DNA from: Nemertoderma westbladi
Lineage: Eukaryota; Animalia; Xenacoelomorpha
Direction: 5' to 3'
DNA length: 64,000 nt
NCBI GenBank assembly: GCA_032718475.1
Contig: JAUCBJ010007816.1
Span: 14,143 to 78,142 of the forward strand
Position 1 is the stretch's first letter. Every line of letters begins with the position of its first letter. The notes under the pieces were generated by a model. It saw only the letters and a list, made by a program, of their open reading frames with translations, was not told the DNA's origin and did not search any database. Position numbers and translations under genes: made by a program. This document shows positions 35,133 to 47,426 of this stretch, piece by piece.

Positions 35133-36238
35133 GCTTTGCTATTCAGGGGAGTCTAGGTTCCTGAATACTGTGGCCTTGTTAGAGGCCAAGATGTCCTGAG
35201 AATTAGCCAGCTTTTGGTGCAGCTCCTCTAGAACCTTGGCGGCTTGTACAAATGTACAGATTCATTTAGTAATTCTTGGAGCTGACGATGTTGTGCAATC
35301 TGGGATTGTCGTTGTTGGCAGCTTCGTCATGCAACTGCTTTATGCTGCTGTAATTGTTGCCGTTGTTGTTATTGTTTTTCTAATGCTTGCCGTTGTTGCT
35401 GATTTTGTTCACTCACTATCTCCCTTTGATTACTTAGTCGATTTAATGCAAAATCGATATTATTTAATTGTTTCATTTTATTATTTACAGTCTCCTGCAT
35501 GGCTCGCAGGTTTAACGAAAACTCGTTTAATCTTTCACTATATACTGTAGAAGTTTTAAGTTGCAGATTTTAAGTCTGATTACTCCCTACAGTAGTTGTC
35601 GTAATACCAAGGGGTGTTATTTTGGATTGAGTTACATTAGCCGCTGATGTCATATTCGGCTTAGAAGGATTTATTAATATGCCAGTGCGTGGGGAATCAG
35701 GTTTGGCGCCGCTAAAGGCGTGTTAACAGGTTTGAAAAAGTCGGAGTCGGAGTCGGTTTTGGGTCCAAGGGGATTTTTAATGGGATTAGCGGGATGCTGA
35801 GGTGGCAGTTCAGGCAAAAAAAAAGGAAAGTAAATTTTCTTCGGCCGATAGGCCAGGGATTATGCACAAAGTCTGACGACTTAATTCCAGTGCGGTCCCA
35901 CCAGAACTTTACTCCCAAGAGGAAACTCCAGTACTCATTTAGCTACCACTTAAGGATGCAAGGCAGAGATGCGCCCTGGCTGGTCCCTTTAAAGCATTCA
36001 TGCCGAAACGAAAACTGCCCTGGCCCATGTGAGGATCGAACCCACAACCTATGGGAGATGTGAATTCAATGCAACCACTACACAAAGGCAGGCAGTGGCG
36101 TTCAGCTCGTTCCAAGCGTCTTCCGCTTCTGGAAGTCCGAGATTTATCCGATGATTTGTCAAACTCGTCGGAAGATGTATAGCACTCGAGCTGTTTGGTC
36201 CCCTTTTCCTTTAACTGAGTGTCCGATTGTTGTTTTTC
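35133..36238 (-). pseudogene. Degraded low-complexity gag-like coding remnant (continues at 57412-57992)
   Basis: Q-rich and E/R/K-rich frames with CGA>TGA type stops on both sides of element D. Confidence 0.35.
35814..36094 (-). mobile_element. tRNA-derived SINE with a Nin/Deu-like central domain
   Basis: A-box TGTGTAGTGG, B-box GGTTCGATCC, body TCTGCCTTGCATCCTT..GCTAAATGAGTAC, T-rich tail. Imperfect TSD GTGGC(A)GTTCAG at 35802-35813 and 36095-36105. Confidence 0.75.
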
Positions 36239-36816
36239 TGTTAGCGAATTCAATTCCGCCAACCACCCCATAAAGTTGGCCAAGCGGGGCCTTTAAGCAA
36301 TATTGGGAGTACGAGGTTGATTGCCAATCAACCTCGTATCACCCCAATAAACGGGGCGACAAACCCCAAAGGAACACAAACACAGCGGGGGTCAGAGATT
36401 ACACCTCCAGGAGGGAGAGAGTGACAGTAGCGGGGGGAAGCACTCCCAGAGAGATGGGAGGGCGAGAATTGGGTTATTAGCCAATGGGAGGCAGGCATCC
36501 ACTGAGTAATGTAATACGGCCAACCAGTGCAATATATTACCAGTTACTGTTCCTCATTTATTCACTTAGTTAGTCAGTTTAGTTAGGGCAGAATGGGAAC
36601 TCTTATTACCGTCTACTGCCGCCACCATCATTCAGCTATTTACCGGTACACTTACTTAACATTCAATAAACTGTGTTTATACTTTATGCAATTATATTAA
36701 ATCCTATATTCATACATACCGATCAATCAACAACCCCAGAACTCTTTTCACACACACACGGCGGGGACGCGTAGATAAGATAACCGGATAAATCGGGATT
36801 CTCGGATCCCGTCACA
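36239..36816 (+). repeat. 5' LTR of D
   Basis: TGTTAG start; CCAAT-like boxes, Inr TCAGTT ~36574, AATAAA 36665. Matches the 3' LTR up to 36784; the end at CA 36816 is inferred from the following GTAATAAGA. Confidence 0.8.
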
Positions 36817-38589
36817 GTAATAAGACTCCAGCAGTTGCCCTAAAAACGATAGAAACTAACTGACAGTCACTAGCCACTAAGTAAAGACAAAGATGAGTCG
36901 AGAAGGAGAGACGACACCGCCGCGTACCCCGGACGGCGTCCTAACGATCCGCGAGGCCGCGACGCGATGGTACCGACCCACGACACCGGATCCGTCGACC
37001 ATAGGCGATCCGGCAATCCAAACGGAGGGGGGCCGTCTACAGCGAGAGGATGAGTCGAGAGAGGAGAGAGACGAGTCGACACACGACGGCGGTCGACGTG
37101 CCGATGTCGCCGGCCAGCCACAGGCCGAGGGCGATGGACGGCCCACCGGAACGGCGACGGTGGGGCCGCCGGTACGACGCCGGACACGGAGGGATAGAGG
37201 AGACGTCGGCGACGAGGACGTCGGGGTCAGCGACTGGCTCCGACGAGCCTACAACACATCCGGAAGCAACTAAGAGAAGCCAAAGGAGGGGCCAAGATAG
37301 ACCAGGTGAAGCTAGAGAAGCGGCTAGGTGAGTCGAATAAACATTTTGATTACTTAGTGCGCTTTGGGCAGGAAGAACTAGCCAATGAGAGAGCGAGAGG
37401 GGTTGCCACCGAACTGTTTGAACTGTGGGAATGCAGGGGTATGGAGCCTGGTGTAGTGTAAATAGGGCCATACTTAGTCGATGCCCGGGGAATTAAATTG
37501 GTGGGTTGGAAGAGACCGCAGGAGGGCGAATCCGAGGTTAACCCCGAGGATTCAGTCTCGTCGGTCGGCGAAAATTCCGGAAGGCTGGGGAAAGTTAGTA
37601 GGACGGGAAGGTGGAGGGAGTCCGTCGCAACCGATAAGTCTGCTACATCCTCCGCAAAAGTAAGACGGGTGCTAGAAATAGATCTGGCGTGCCAACTCGA
37701 TCTGGCGGCGCTAGACCAGAGAGAATTAGAGAGACAGTTGGAAGAAGGGAGTGCGTTATTAGAGAAGGAGAAAGAACTGGCTAGAGAGAACAGAGAGAAC
37801 GCCGAAAAGGTCACGAGAAGTTTTAAGGAGTGTGAGGAAATAGGGAGGATAGAAAGGAAGGAGCTTGAAGAGCGTGAGGCGAGAGAGCAGAATAGACGTG
37901 AAGAGCGTGAGGCGAGAGAGCAGAGTGAGCGAAAAGAGCGCTAGGCGAGACGACTGGAGAGAGTTGTGAGAGAGGCGGAGTTAGCGGATCAGAGTTCACG
38001 AGAAGATAGAGAGAGAGAAATAACGGGAAAGCATGTGCGGGATGATATGCACGCCCGGTTGAGGGGGCTTATGCTATATCAAGCCAAACAGAAGCGCCGC
38101 CTAGAACTGGCGCAGATGGGGCTGTCAGAGAGCGAGGCTGGCTCGAGTAGTATTTACGAGGAGCCAGGAGTTAGGGAAACATTTATTAATACCCCACTTA
38201 CAGGGACCAGACGACAGACCCAAGACTGGTGTGACCGTACGGGCAGGGGGGAGTAATAATGATAATAATACAGTAGAGGACGTTAATATTAATAGTACCA
38301 TAGTGGATAACCCTAATCAAACTTTTGTTGCAGGAAATAACATTTTGTCCGATGGTAGTAATTTAAATCCGAGCCATTCTAATATAAACGTAGGAAATAA
38401 TTCAAATAATCTAAATCTGAATTTACAAAATAATTCAAATAATCTTATTTCGAACGAACAAAATAATCCCGTTTCTAATTTAGGCGTGCAAAATAATTTA
38501 ATTGATTTGGAGGATTTAATTGATTTAACAGATAATACTGGTAATGGTCCTATTAATATGAACGTGGCGGACGTGCATAGCCCGGGCAA

Positions 38590-38790
38590 ATGAGGGCCTG
38601 GTAGGCCACGCAGTCAGTAGGCAGGAGGTGGCGGGGGTGAGAAACCCCAATGAGGGCCTGGTAGGCCACGTAGTCAGTAGGCAGGAAGTGGCGGGGTTGA
38701 GTCAACCCGAGGGGGGCCTGGTAGGCCACGTAGTTAGTAGGCAGGAAGTGGCGGGGTTGAGTCAACCCGAGGGTGGCCTGGTAGGCCACA
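38590..38790 (+). repeat. 60-bp tandem repeats in gag of D
   Basis: GAGGGCCTGGTAGGCCAC... about 3.5 copies. Confidence 0.85.
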
Positions 38791-40008
38791 CAGTAGTAGA
38801 GAGAGAGGCGGGGGTGAACGGACCCAGCCGCAGTAGGGTTAGTGTGTCGACTAGAGAGGGGTGTAGAAGTGAAGTAAGAGGTAGTGGAGTGGTAGGCGGC
38901 GAGCGGGGGGGGGGGGGGGGGGGGGGGGGGCTACAGGAGCCCCACAACGAGAGATTAGCGGCGAGAGGAGGGGGGCAAAGAATGTCCCACAGGCGTCGGC
39001 AGATAATGCGCGGGGCGAATTAGGTGAACCGCAGCACCCGGCGATGGAGTATAGTAGGGGGGTTACGAGTATCCCCAGCGGCGTGCGATCGAGCAGAGAG
39101 AGACAGGTTGACGTCGCAAGAGGGCGGGCGACGAAACGTCGAGCCCGATCAGAAGAAGGAAGAAGAGCAGTGGAGTTTAACCGGGAGGTCGACGAGAGAT
39201 CTCACGAACGGGGATACTGCACTACAGAGAGAAGAAGGGAAGAGAGTAGAAGAAGTGTCGTCACGAACGACAGGAGAGCGAGGACGGATAGCGAGCCGTC
39301 GGTAGTGGAGATGGAGACGGAGAGTCAGTGGGGTCGAACTCCGGGAGATTGCCGTCGTCCCGGGGATACGCGACCTGACGAGGCGTACTACGCACAGAGA
39401 GAGGGGTACAGGATGTACCGGCACGAGGACGAGAGCAGTAGATGGGATCGAAGAGAAACTTCCCGACGGGATATACCTGCCGATCGAGAATACGGTAGCC
39501 GCGGGGAGGATTATTCGAGAAGGTTAAACTTTGATCCCGAGCGACACATACAGACTGCAGGACATACTGTAGGCCTTACTGCACATACCATAGGCCATGC
39601 TGGGAGAGACAACGTAGGCGATAGGATAGCGCGGACAACGGGATTAAACCCGGAAGTCGCGGAGTACATACCGGCAGGTAGGCCAGAAGTGGATAGGCCT
39701 ATACCGGTACCAGCACAGCATTATGACTAAGACATGCAGGGACATAACATATACCCAGGGGAGGGGAGAGTTATTGCGGATAGGTGCATGGGCCCCAATA
39801 TATTAACATCAACCCCAGTATCAAACCGTCACCTTCAAGGCAGAACCCCCTAAGTCGATTTTTGTAGTTCTGAGATAATCGATAAAAACTGTTTATTTTT
39901 TAGAGAGATGCCTCAGTTTACTTGTTATTGTGTTTTTTGATAACTAAATATATATAGAATTCATATAACTAAACTTTCAATTTGATTTAGAATTACCTTT
40001 GAAATATA

Positions 40009-40182
40009 TTGCGGTTTTTTTGTAAAAATTCTGACTTATGGTGTTTTGCCAAAACAAAGGGGAACACCATTTTCTGGTATTATCCCGTAACTATACGATA
40101 GTTGCGGGGTATTGCCTAGAAAACAAGGTATCCTCAATTTGGCAAAACACCATAAGTCCGAATTTTTACAAAAAACACGCAA
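40009..40182. repeat. Internal long inverted repeat
   Basis: TTTTTGTAAAAATTC.GACTTATGGTGTTTTGCCAAA versus TTTGGCAAAACACCATAAGTC.GAATTTTTACAAAAA. Confidence 0.85.
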
Positions 40183-40917
40183 AATATATCAAATAATAGC
40201 CAAGGCGTATCGTACGTCCTTAATAATTTAGTGCGTAGTGCGCACGTAATACATGTGCGCATTTGTTATTAGCTAATACGTGCTATCTAACATGTTAACT
40301 AGCACATGATCAGGTGTTAGTATTACCTGTAAACGCAATAATAACAAATAATCACATACAATATAGCTAACACACTTGCGCACATGTTGGAAATTTTTGA
40401 ATTCAAAATTCTAAAGGGCTCCATAAGTTTTTGATATTTTGGTATTAATTGCTTCTAAAATAAGTACGGGACTGTAGTTAGAATCATGTATCAATACAAA
40501 TTGAACAAAATGTAGCCAAATGCAGAACTATAAGAACAAAATTTAGATTCAAGAAAGCGGAACTCTAAGTACAAAATATAGCCATGGGTGGTACTCTACA
40601 GTAAGAACAAAGTCTAGCTACAGGGTTACAGCTACGTTAAAGTTAAAGTAAAGTTCACTTACAGTACGTCATGACGAATAATTAAAGACCTGTTTTTTCT
40701 ACAGTACGTGGCAACATTTTGAGCAACTCTATCAGCAACTTAGTGAGCATGTCAGGTTGCCGATCAAGTTGCTCTATGTAAACGCGAAGTTTGTTGCTGT
40801 AAAAGATGCCTCATATAACGGAGACTAAAAGTTAATGTTACTCAAATTAAGTTGCTAGTTGCTGACCAAATTGTCCAAAACGTCCGGCAACCTAGAGTAA
40901 CTTATAGCAACTTGGAC

Positions 40918-41810
40918 ACAAACATTAAATGAGGGACAGATATTTATCAGCGCCACAAACATTAATGTGGGACAAACATTAATCAGGGGGACAAACATTA
41001 ATGTGGGACATAAACATTGATGTAGGACACAAACATTAATGTGGGACATAAACATTGATATAGGAAACAAACATTAATGAGGGACACAAACATTAATGAG
41101 TAAAGTAAAGTTAAACTTTAATGAGGGACACAAATATTAATGAGGGACACAGACATTAATGAGGGACACAAACATTAATGAGGTATACAAACATTAATGA
41201 GGGACACAAACATTAATGAGGGACGCAAACATTAATGGGGTACACAAACATTAATGAGGGACACAAACATTAATGAGGTAAATAAACATTAATGAGGGAC
41301 ACAAACATTAATGAGGGACACAAACATTAATGAGGTATACAAACATTAATGAGGGACACAAACATTAATGAGGGACACAAACATTAATGAGATACACAAA
41401 CATTAATGAGGGACACAAACATTAATGAGGGACACAAACATTAATGAGATACACAAACATTAATGAGGGACACAAACATTAATGAGGGACGCAAAAATTA
41501 ATGGATTACACAAACATTAATGAGGGACACAAACATTAATGATGTACACAAACAATAATGAGGGACACAAACATTAATGAGGGACACAAACATTAATGAG
41601 GTACACAAACAATAATGAGGGACACAAACATTAATGAGGGACACAAACATTAATGAGGTATACAAACATTAATGAGGGACACAAACATTAATGAGGGACA
41701 CAAACATTAATGAGATACACAAACATTAATGAGGGACACAAACATTAATGAGGGACACAAACAATAAACGAGGGACAGATATCAATCAAGGGCACAAACA
41801 TTAATCATGG
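40918..41810 (+). repeat. ~20-bp minisatellite (CACAAACATTAATGAGGGA-type)
   Basis: More than 40 tandem units; inverted units at ~42386-42429 and ~45692. Confidence 0.95.
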
Positions 41811-42974
41811 GCACTATTGCCCTTCGCACTTAGTAAGATTCATGTTACCACCTATACACATACAATATATTACAGAATTACAATTCTCATTACTGTCAAG
41901 CAATAAAATAACAACAATAAATAATAACATATTAATCTGACCACACCAATAAACTATTTTATTGCCAATTGAAGGAAAGGATCAGGTTACAGAGATTTTT
42001 TTTCTAACCAAAACAATAAACGATGTTGTTTCTAAAAAGGGAAGGAGTAGGAGTAAAAAAATAATGAACATGAGGGGGAAACAGGAATGGGGGGGGGGTA
42101 ACATGAATGGTGGTGGTAGGAGGTAAATTGAAAATATGGGGGTATAACAGCCGGGGGGGGGGGGGGGGTAGTAGCAAAACAGGCAGCTGAACAACGTAAC
42201 CGAACGTCGCTTTCAATTAATTTCCATCTAATTAGGACGATGGAATGTATACAAAACGGCGGTACTTTGATTGAAGCTTACGTTCCCATGGTAGTATTTT
42301 TTCAAGTTAATCACTTAATATCTGATCGTCTGATGGCAAGCATCACCATCGCTCATATTAATATCCATTGGCTACCATGGACCCCTATTAATGTTTGCGT
42401 CCCACAATAATGTTTGTGTCCCTCATTAAGGGGGGGGGGGGGGGGGGTATACCCCCCCTCAGGTAAAATTTTCAAATTGTTGTTTCTTTATTTCACCTAG
42501 AGCAGAATTTAATGAGGATTACAAATCTGAAAACCGCTTAGTGAGACCTCTTTCAGTTCTCGAGTTATCACTGTTTTTCCGTATGACGGTCTGTCCATCA
42601 AATTGTAAGAAAGACAGAAGACCGACAGTCAGACAGATAAACTAGATTCCACCAAAAATTAAAACTGACATCGGAAATGAAATCAGCGACCCCGAAAACC
42701 CCCGTAATGAACATTTTAGCTCGTTGGTGTGCATCATTCGTGCCAGAAATAATTAACCAACCAGAACGCAGACAGCCAGTTTTGGCGGGACGGTTTAAAC
42801 TTTGAAGGGCATTTTCTCGGAATGACATTTTTCATTTTCAAATTACTACTCCTCCGTTATTTTTCAACCAATTTTCTTCATTTAAGGCTCATTCGAACGA
42901 GCTTTGGAAGTTCTTTAAAAGTTCTCTTATGGAATTTTGATAAATATTACCATTTTTTATAATTAATGTTTATT

Positions 42975-43580
42975 CAGTCCACCCCCATGCTGTCCCAGGT
43001 TACTCCCACAGTGTCCAGTCCCTTCACCGCATTGTCCCAGTCCATCCCCATGCTGTCCCAGGTTACTCCCACAGTATCCAGTCCCTTCCCCGCATTGTCC
43101 CAGTCCACCCCCATGCTGTCCCAGGTTACTCCCATATTAGCCAGTCCCTTCCCGGCATTGTCCCAGTCCATCTCCATGCTGACCAATGTTACTCCCACAG
43201 TATCCAGTCCCTTCCCCGCACTGTCCCAGTCCATCCCCATGCTGTCCCAGGTTACTCCCACATTGTCCAGTCCCTTCCCCGCACTGTCCCAGTCCATCCC
43301 CATGCTGTCCCAGGTTACTCCCACATGTCCAGTCCCTTCCCCGCACTGTCCCAGTCCATCCCAATGCTGCCCCAGGTTACTCCCACAGAATCCAGTTCCT
43401 TCCCCGCATTGTCCCAATCCATCCAAATGGTGTCCCAGGTTACCACCACATTGTCCAGCCCCTTCCCCTCAATGTCCCAGTCCATCCCCATGCTGTCCCC
43501 GGGTACTCCAACGGCGCTCCCACCCACTCCCATGGTGTCCCTGTCCAATCCCTTCCCCGCATTGTCCCAGTCCAGTCCCC
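42975..43580 (+). repeat. 63-bp tandem repeat at the 5' end of the LINE
   Basis: Unit encodes SSPFPALSQSIPMLSQVTPTV; about 9.5 copies. Confidence 0.92.
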
Positions 43581-45175
43581 AGGGGTCGCGAGTTGGTTCC
43601 ACAGTGCCCCACACCCAGGGATCTTCATCGACTCAGTGCTGGTACGCGGACGACGCCTCGGCGGCAGGGAGTCTGCGTGGAGTTGCACAGTGGTGGTCCG
43701 ACCTGCAGCTAAAAGGTCCCAAAATCGGCTACTTCCCCGAACCGACCAAAACTTACCTGGTAATAAAGCCAGGGCTGGAGGCAGAAGCCCGGGAAAGGTT
43801 CGATGGGAGTGGCGTCCAGATAGTCTCCGGACACCGGTTCCTGGGGGGATATATCGGCGATGCCGAGGGACGGAAGCAGTTTGTGTCGGACAAGGTTGCG
43901 GGGTGGGTGGGACATATAGACAAACTCTCGGAGGTTGCCATGGAGTACCCCCAGACTGCTCACACAGGGATGTCCAAGTGTGTGCAGGCTGAATGGGACT
44001 TTCTAATGCGGGTAGTCCCAACGGATGTTGAGGATTTCGCTCCTATCCGGACCGCGCTGCTGCGTCAGTATATCCCCTCCCTGTTTGGTATGCCATTGGG
44101 CCCCTCGGACGAGGACTTGGTCCTCCTGCCTGTTCGCCATGGTGGGATCGGGTTGCAGGACCCCCTAATGCGGTTTGGCCATGCCCGTGCCGCGTCCACC
44201 GAGGGGACTTCTGTTGTGGTTGAAGCAATCCAGTCTGGTCTGCCGCTTCACGTGGCCGACCACACTGTGCGGCTGCGTAAAGTCCTCACCGAGTCGCGGG
44301 CCGCCCAGGATACCGCGTATAAGGTGAAACTGGAGGCCGCACTAGGGGCGCTACCAGCCGAGCGTCGGCGAACCGCGGAGCGGACGACGCGGAACAAGAC
44401 CGGGGGGTGGTTATCGGCCCAGCCGTCTGTGCTGGACAACACAGACTTGGGGCCTGACGAGTTCCGGGACAACCTCGCCCTTCGTTATGGTCTCACCCCG
44501 CCGGGTCTACCAGTTAAGTGCGAGGGGTGCGGGGGCCCATTCAGCACCTCCCACGCACTGAGCTGCAAATCCGGGGGTCTAATCATCAAACGTCATGACG
44601 AGGTTGGCCAGGTGTTTGGCGACCTCTTGGCCTCGGCTTTCGGCCAGTCAAGTGTCGAGCGTGAGGTGACCCTCTCCCAAGGACACATCGACAGACAGGG
44701 GCGGGAGATCGGGGGGGTAAGGGCAGACCTGGTTGCCCGGGGGGTCTGGACCAACCAACGAGTGGCGTCGTTTGACATTGCGATAATCAACGCTGACGCC
44801 ACCTCGTACGTCCAGGCCAACCGGTCGACCGAGTCCCTCTTGGAGCAGCGGGCCCGGCTGAAACACGCCCATTACCGGACCGTCTGTGAAGACCGGAGGA
44901 TGTCCTTTACCCCACTGGTCGGTACAACCGACGGCGTATGGTGCAATGAGGCAGAGATTCTCATTCGCCATCTGGCCGAGACCCTTGTCATGAGACAAGC
45001 TGGGATGGCCGAGAGGGGCCTTGCCTGTGTGCAGGGTGGAGTTCGCCGGAGGATTCAATTCGCCCTCCTCCGATCGAATTCTCTCTGCCTCAGAGGTGGT
45101 CGACGGTCTTGGCGCGGGTCGGGCTTTGGGGATGGGGCAGGTCTGCGGGGGTTCGATCTGGCTACCCAATACTGA
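43325..45175 (+). CDS. Repeat fused to RT C-terminal half, zinc knuckle and RLE
   Basis: QCWYADD, RFLGGYIG, CEGC..H...C, RHDEV, RADL..FDI. Confidence 0.8.
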   Translation: MSSPFPALSQSIPMLPQVTPTESSSFPALSQSIQMVSQVTTTLSSPFPSMSQSIPMLSPGTPTALPPTPMVSLSNPFPALSQSSPQGSRVGSTVPHTQGSSSTQCWYADDASAAGSLRGVAQWWSDLQLKGPKIGYFPEPTKTYLVIKPGLEAEARERFDGSGVQIVSGHRFLGGYIGDAEGRKQFVSDKVAGWVGHIDKLSEVAMEYPQTAHTGMSKCVQAEWDFLMRVVPTDVEDFAPIRTALLRQYIPSLFGMPLGPSDEDLVLLPVRHGGIGLQDPLMRFGHARAASTEGTSVVVEAIQSGLPLHVADHTVRLRKVLTESRAAQDTAYKVKLEAALGALPAERRRTAERTTRNKTGGWLSAQPSVLDNTDLGPDEFRDNLALRYGLTPPGLPVKCEGCGGPFSTSHALSCKSGGLIIKRHDEVGQVFGDLLASAFGQSSVEREVTLSQGHIDRQGREIGGVRADLVARGVWTNQRVASFDIAIINADATSYVQANRSTESLLEQRARLKHAHYRTVCEDRRMSFTPLVGTTDGVWCNEAEILIRHLAETLVMRQAGMAERGLACVQGGVRRRIQFALLRSNSLCLRGGRRSWRGSGFGDGAGLRGFDLATQY

Positions 45176-47426
45176 TGAGTGGAATATGGGTGCAACATTA
45201 TTGTTAAATTTTCTAAACTTTAATTAAATTTAACTCTTTATACAGTATGTATTTTCATCATGTATAACCATTAATTATTGTATCCATATATTATATTATA
45301 CCATTATATATATATTTAGGCTTTTTTATAATTAGCCAATTTTAATTAAAAATATGATAATTAATTAATTAAATTAATTAATTAAAATAAAAATGGCTAA
45401 TTAAAAATTCTATAAGATAACTTTTGTAGAGTTGATCACGCTGAGTCCAAAAAAGTTGGTTTCAAGAAATTTGGATCAAAATTGAGGGACTAGTAGCAAT
45501 TTTAGTGAAATCTTTAATTCTGCCGCCAGCCGCTAGGGGGAGGCTACAAATTTTCAAATTTTACTATAAAAGCTATTTGGCCTTCCATACAGTTGTTGAC
45601 AATGACAAAATAGCAATATTATCATTTAACACTATTTGACAGCTATTTTAAAAAAAGGTTCATGGGGGGGTATACCCCCCCCCCCCCTTAATATTTGTGT
45701 CCTGGCCGCAATACAAACCAGTATATAAATGATAAATTACGGGGTTTTGCCAGGATATTGTTTCTGATTTAAGGGGTTTTACAGGTTGTTATTTCTGATT
45801 TATGGGGTTTTGCCAGGTGGACTGAATTTCATATACTTGAATTTACGGTGTTTTGCAAGCCAATTATTGACTTGTGGGGTTCTGCCTCGAAGTGGGCATA
45901 AGTTACGGGGAACTGTCTTTGGCTTATAACTCAAAAATGGCTGGTAGAAAAGCTTCGTGGTTCTGCCAGACGAAAAAGCCGATATCGAATTACCCAAAAA
46001 GTCAAAAACATGAAAATAAAAAAAAATCGACTTAGGGGGTTCTGCCTTGAAGGTGACGAAACATACCGGTGGGGGGGGGGGGGGGGACAGGGTGACATTC
46101 CCCCATCACAATATCAACAATACACCCCAATAGGAATAAGAACATCGAACCCCTTGGACGAGAATAGATCGTGCGACACCGAAATATAGAGGGAGCCGCT
46201 ACCCCCTATGATATATCCAAGTCAAAGGAAAGCGGCATACAGCATCCATCGAACCCATTGGAAGCACAAGCAATGGGAATGGCTACACTAATCGATGCAT
46301 TAAAAACTAGGATCGAGTTACCACCCGTAGAACCATTTAAATTCGATGGAAGTAGACCGGAAGAATACCTGCAGTTTCGGCGCATGTATAGTAATGAAAT
46401 ATTGACAAAAAACCTGACACAGGCGGAGTGCCTAAAATATCTGCAAGTGTATACGGGAGGCCCAGCATACGACATCGTGAGGCAATACCAGGGCATCGAG
46501 GGCAGCTTCACGACGGCATGGCGGGCATTAGACAGGGAGTATGGGCACCCGGCCAAGATCATCCGGCAGACCCTGAGGGGTATAACATCGGGTGGCCTAC
46601 AGGATAACCCCGTTAGCAGCTAGCATAAAGACATTTGCAAACAAAGTTGAGAAGGAGCTAATCGTGCTAAAGACGCTGGACGCACCATACGAACTCAACG
46701 CGTCTAACAACATCACCACGATAGCGCAGGCACTGCCGATGTGGCTGCGCAACAAGTGGAGGAAGATTGCTTTCTCCACTCGAGACAGGAAGGGTGCGGA
46801 ACCGGGTTTAGAAGAGATGTCGAGCTTCTTAAATTATGAAGCCGAACTAATAACGGACCCAGTCTATAGCGAGGATAGCCTGGGAAAGGGACCAAAGACC
46901 GAATACCACAGGCCGAAACCCAGAACATAACGCGGCGAACGCATTGCCAAAGCTCAGACAATCACTGCCGTATGCGGCGACGCAGGGGACTGCTAGTCCA
47001 CAAGTAGCCGGGGGTAAGACCACATCATGGAGCGGACAGGGGAAAAATAACAACACAAATAAACATAACCCCAGCACGCCCAGTAGGCCGAACCCAAGCA
47101 ATAAGAACAGTAGGGACTTTGGTACAAACGCAAGTGCGATACGCAGCGCACTGTATAAGGACGGCTACAACCCAAAGAACAAATGCCAATTACATACAAA
47201 TGCACTTCATCAGACCATGAACTGCAGGTATTGGCAAGCGCTACCCAGGGAAGATCAGGTAGAATACGCGAGGAGAAATGAAATTTGTTCAACCAATGCA
47301 AGGAAACGCCAATAGTAAAGGTCAGACGATGGCAATGAGCACCGTAGGGGCAAAGAAGAGAGGAATGGTACTACTTGGGGTAGTACCAGTGCGAGTGATT
47401 GGGGAAGGCCAAGTAGGCCAAGTAGA

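Larger units (their letters stand above)
42966..45321 (+). mobile_element. Second CRE-like non-LTR retrotransposon, 5'-incomplete
   Basis: 13-bp TSD TTTTTTATAATTA (42953-42965, 45322-45334). Protein collinear with 32686-34524. Confidence 0.85.
42430..45687. mobile_element. Non-autonomous TTAA-targeting DNA transposon (Kolobok-like GG termini)
   Basis: TIR Gn-TATA-Cn at both ends. TTAA at 42426-42429 and 45688-45691. Removal restores a minisatellite unit. Confidence 0.75.
39827..46058. mobile_element. Non-autonomous TIR DNA transposon with 4-bp TSD (Sola-like, tentative)
   Basis: TIR of about 36 bp, CGTCACCTTCAAGGCAGAACCCCCTAAGTCGATTTT, at both ends. TSD AAAC at 39823-39826 and 46059-46062. 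Confidence 0.88.
36893..47315 (+). pseudogene. gag: Fragmented gag of D, split by the DNA transposon at 39827-46058
   Basis: Coiled-coil fragments; PFKFDGSRPEEYLQF..LKYL (46171-46623); LPMWLRNKWRK; CQLH..H....C. Confidence 0.85.

Noticed and set aside
40918-41810. CRISPR-like arrays (also 52478-53135)
   Set aside because: No unique spacers; eukaryotic tandem repeats.
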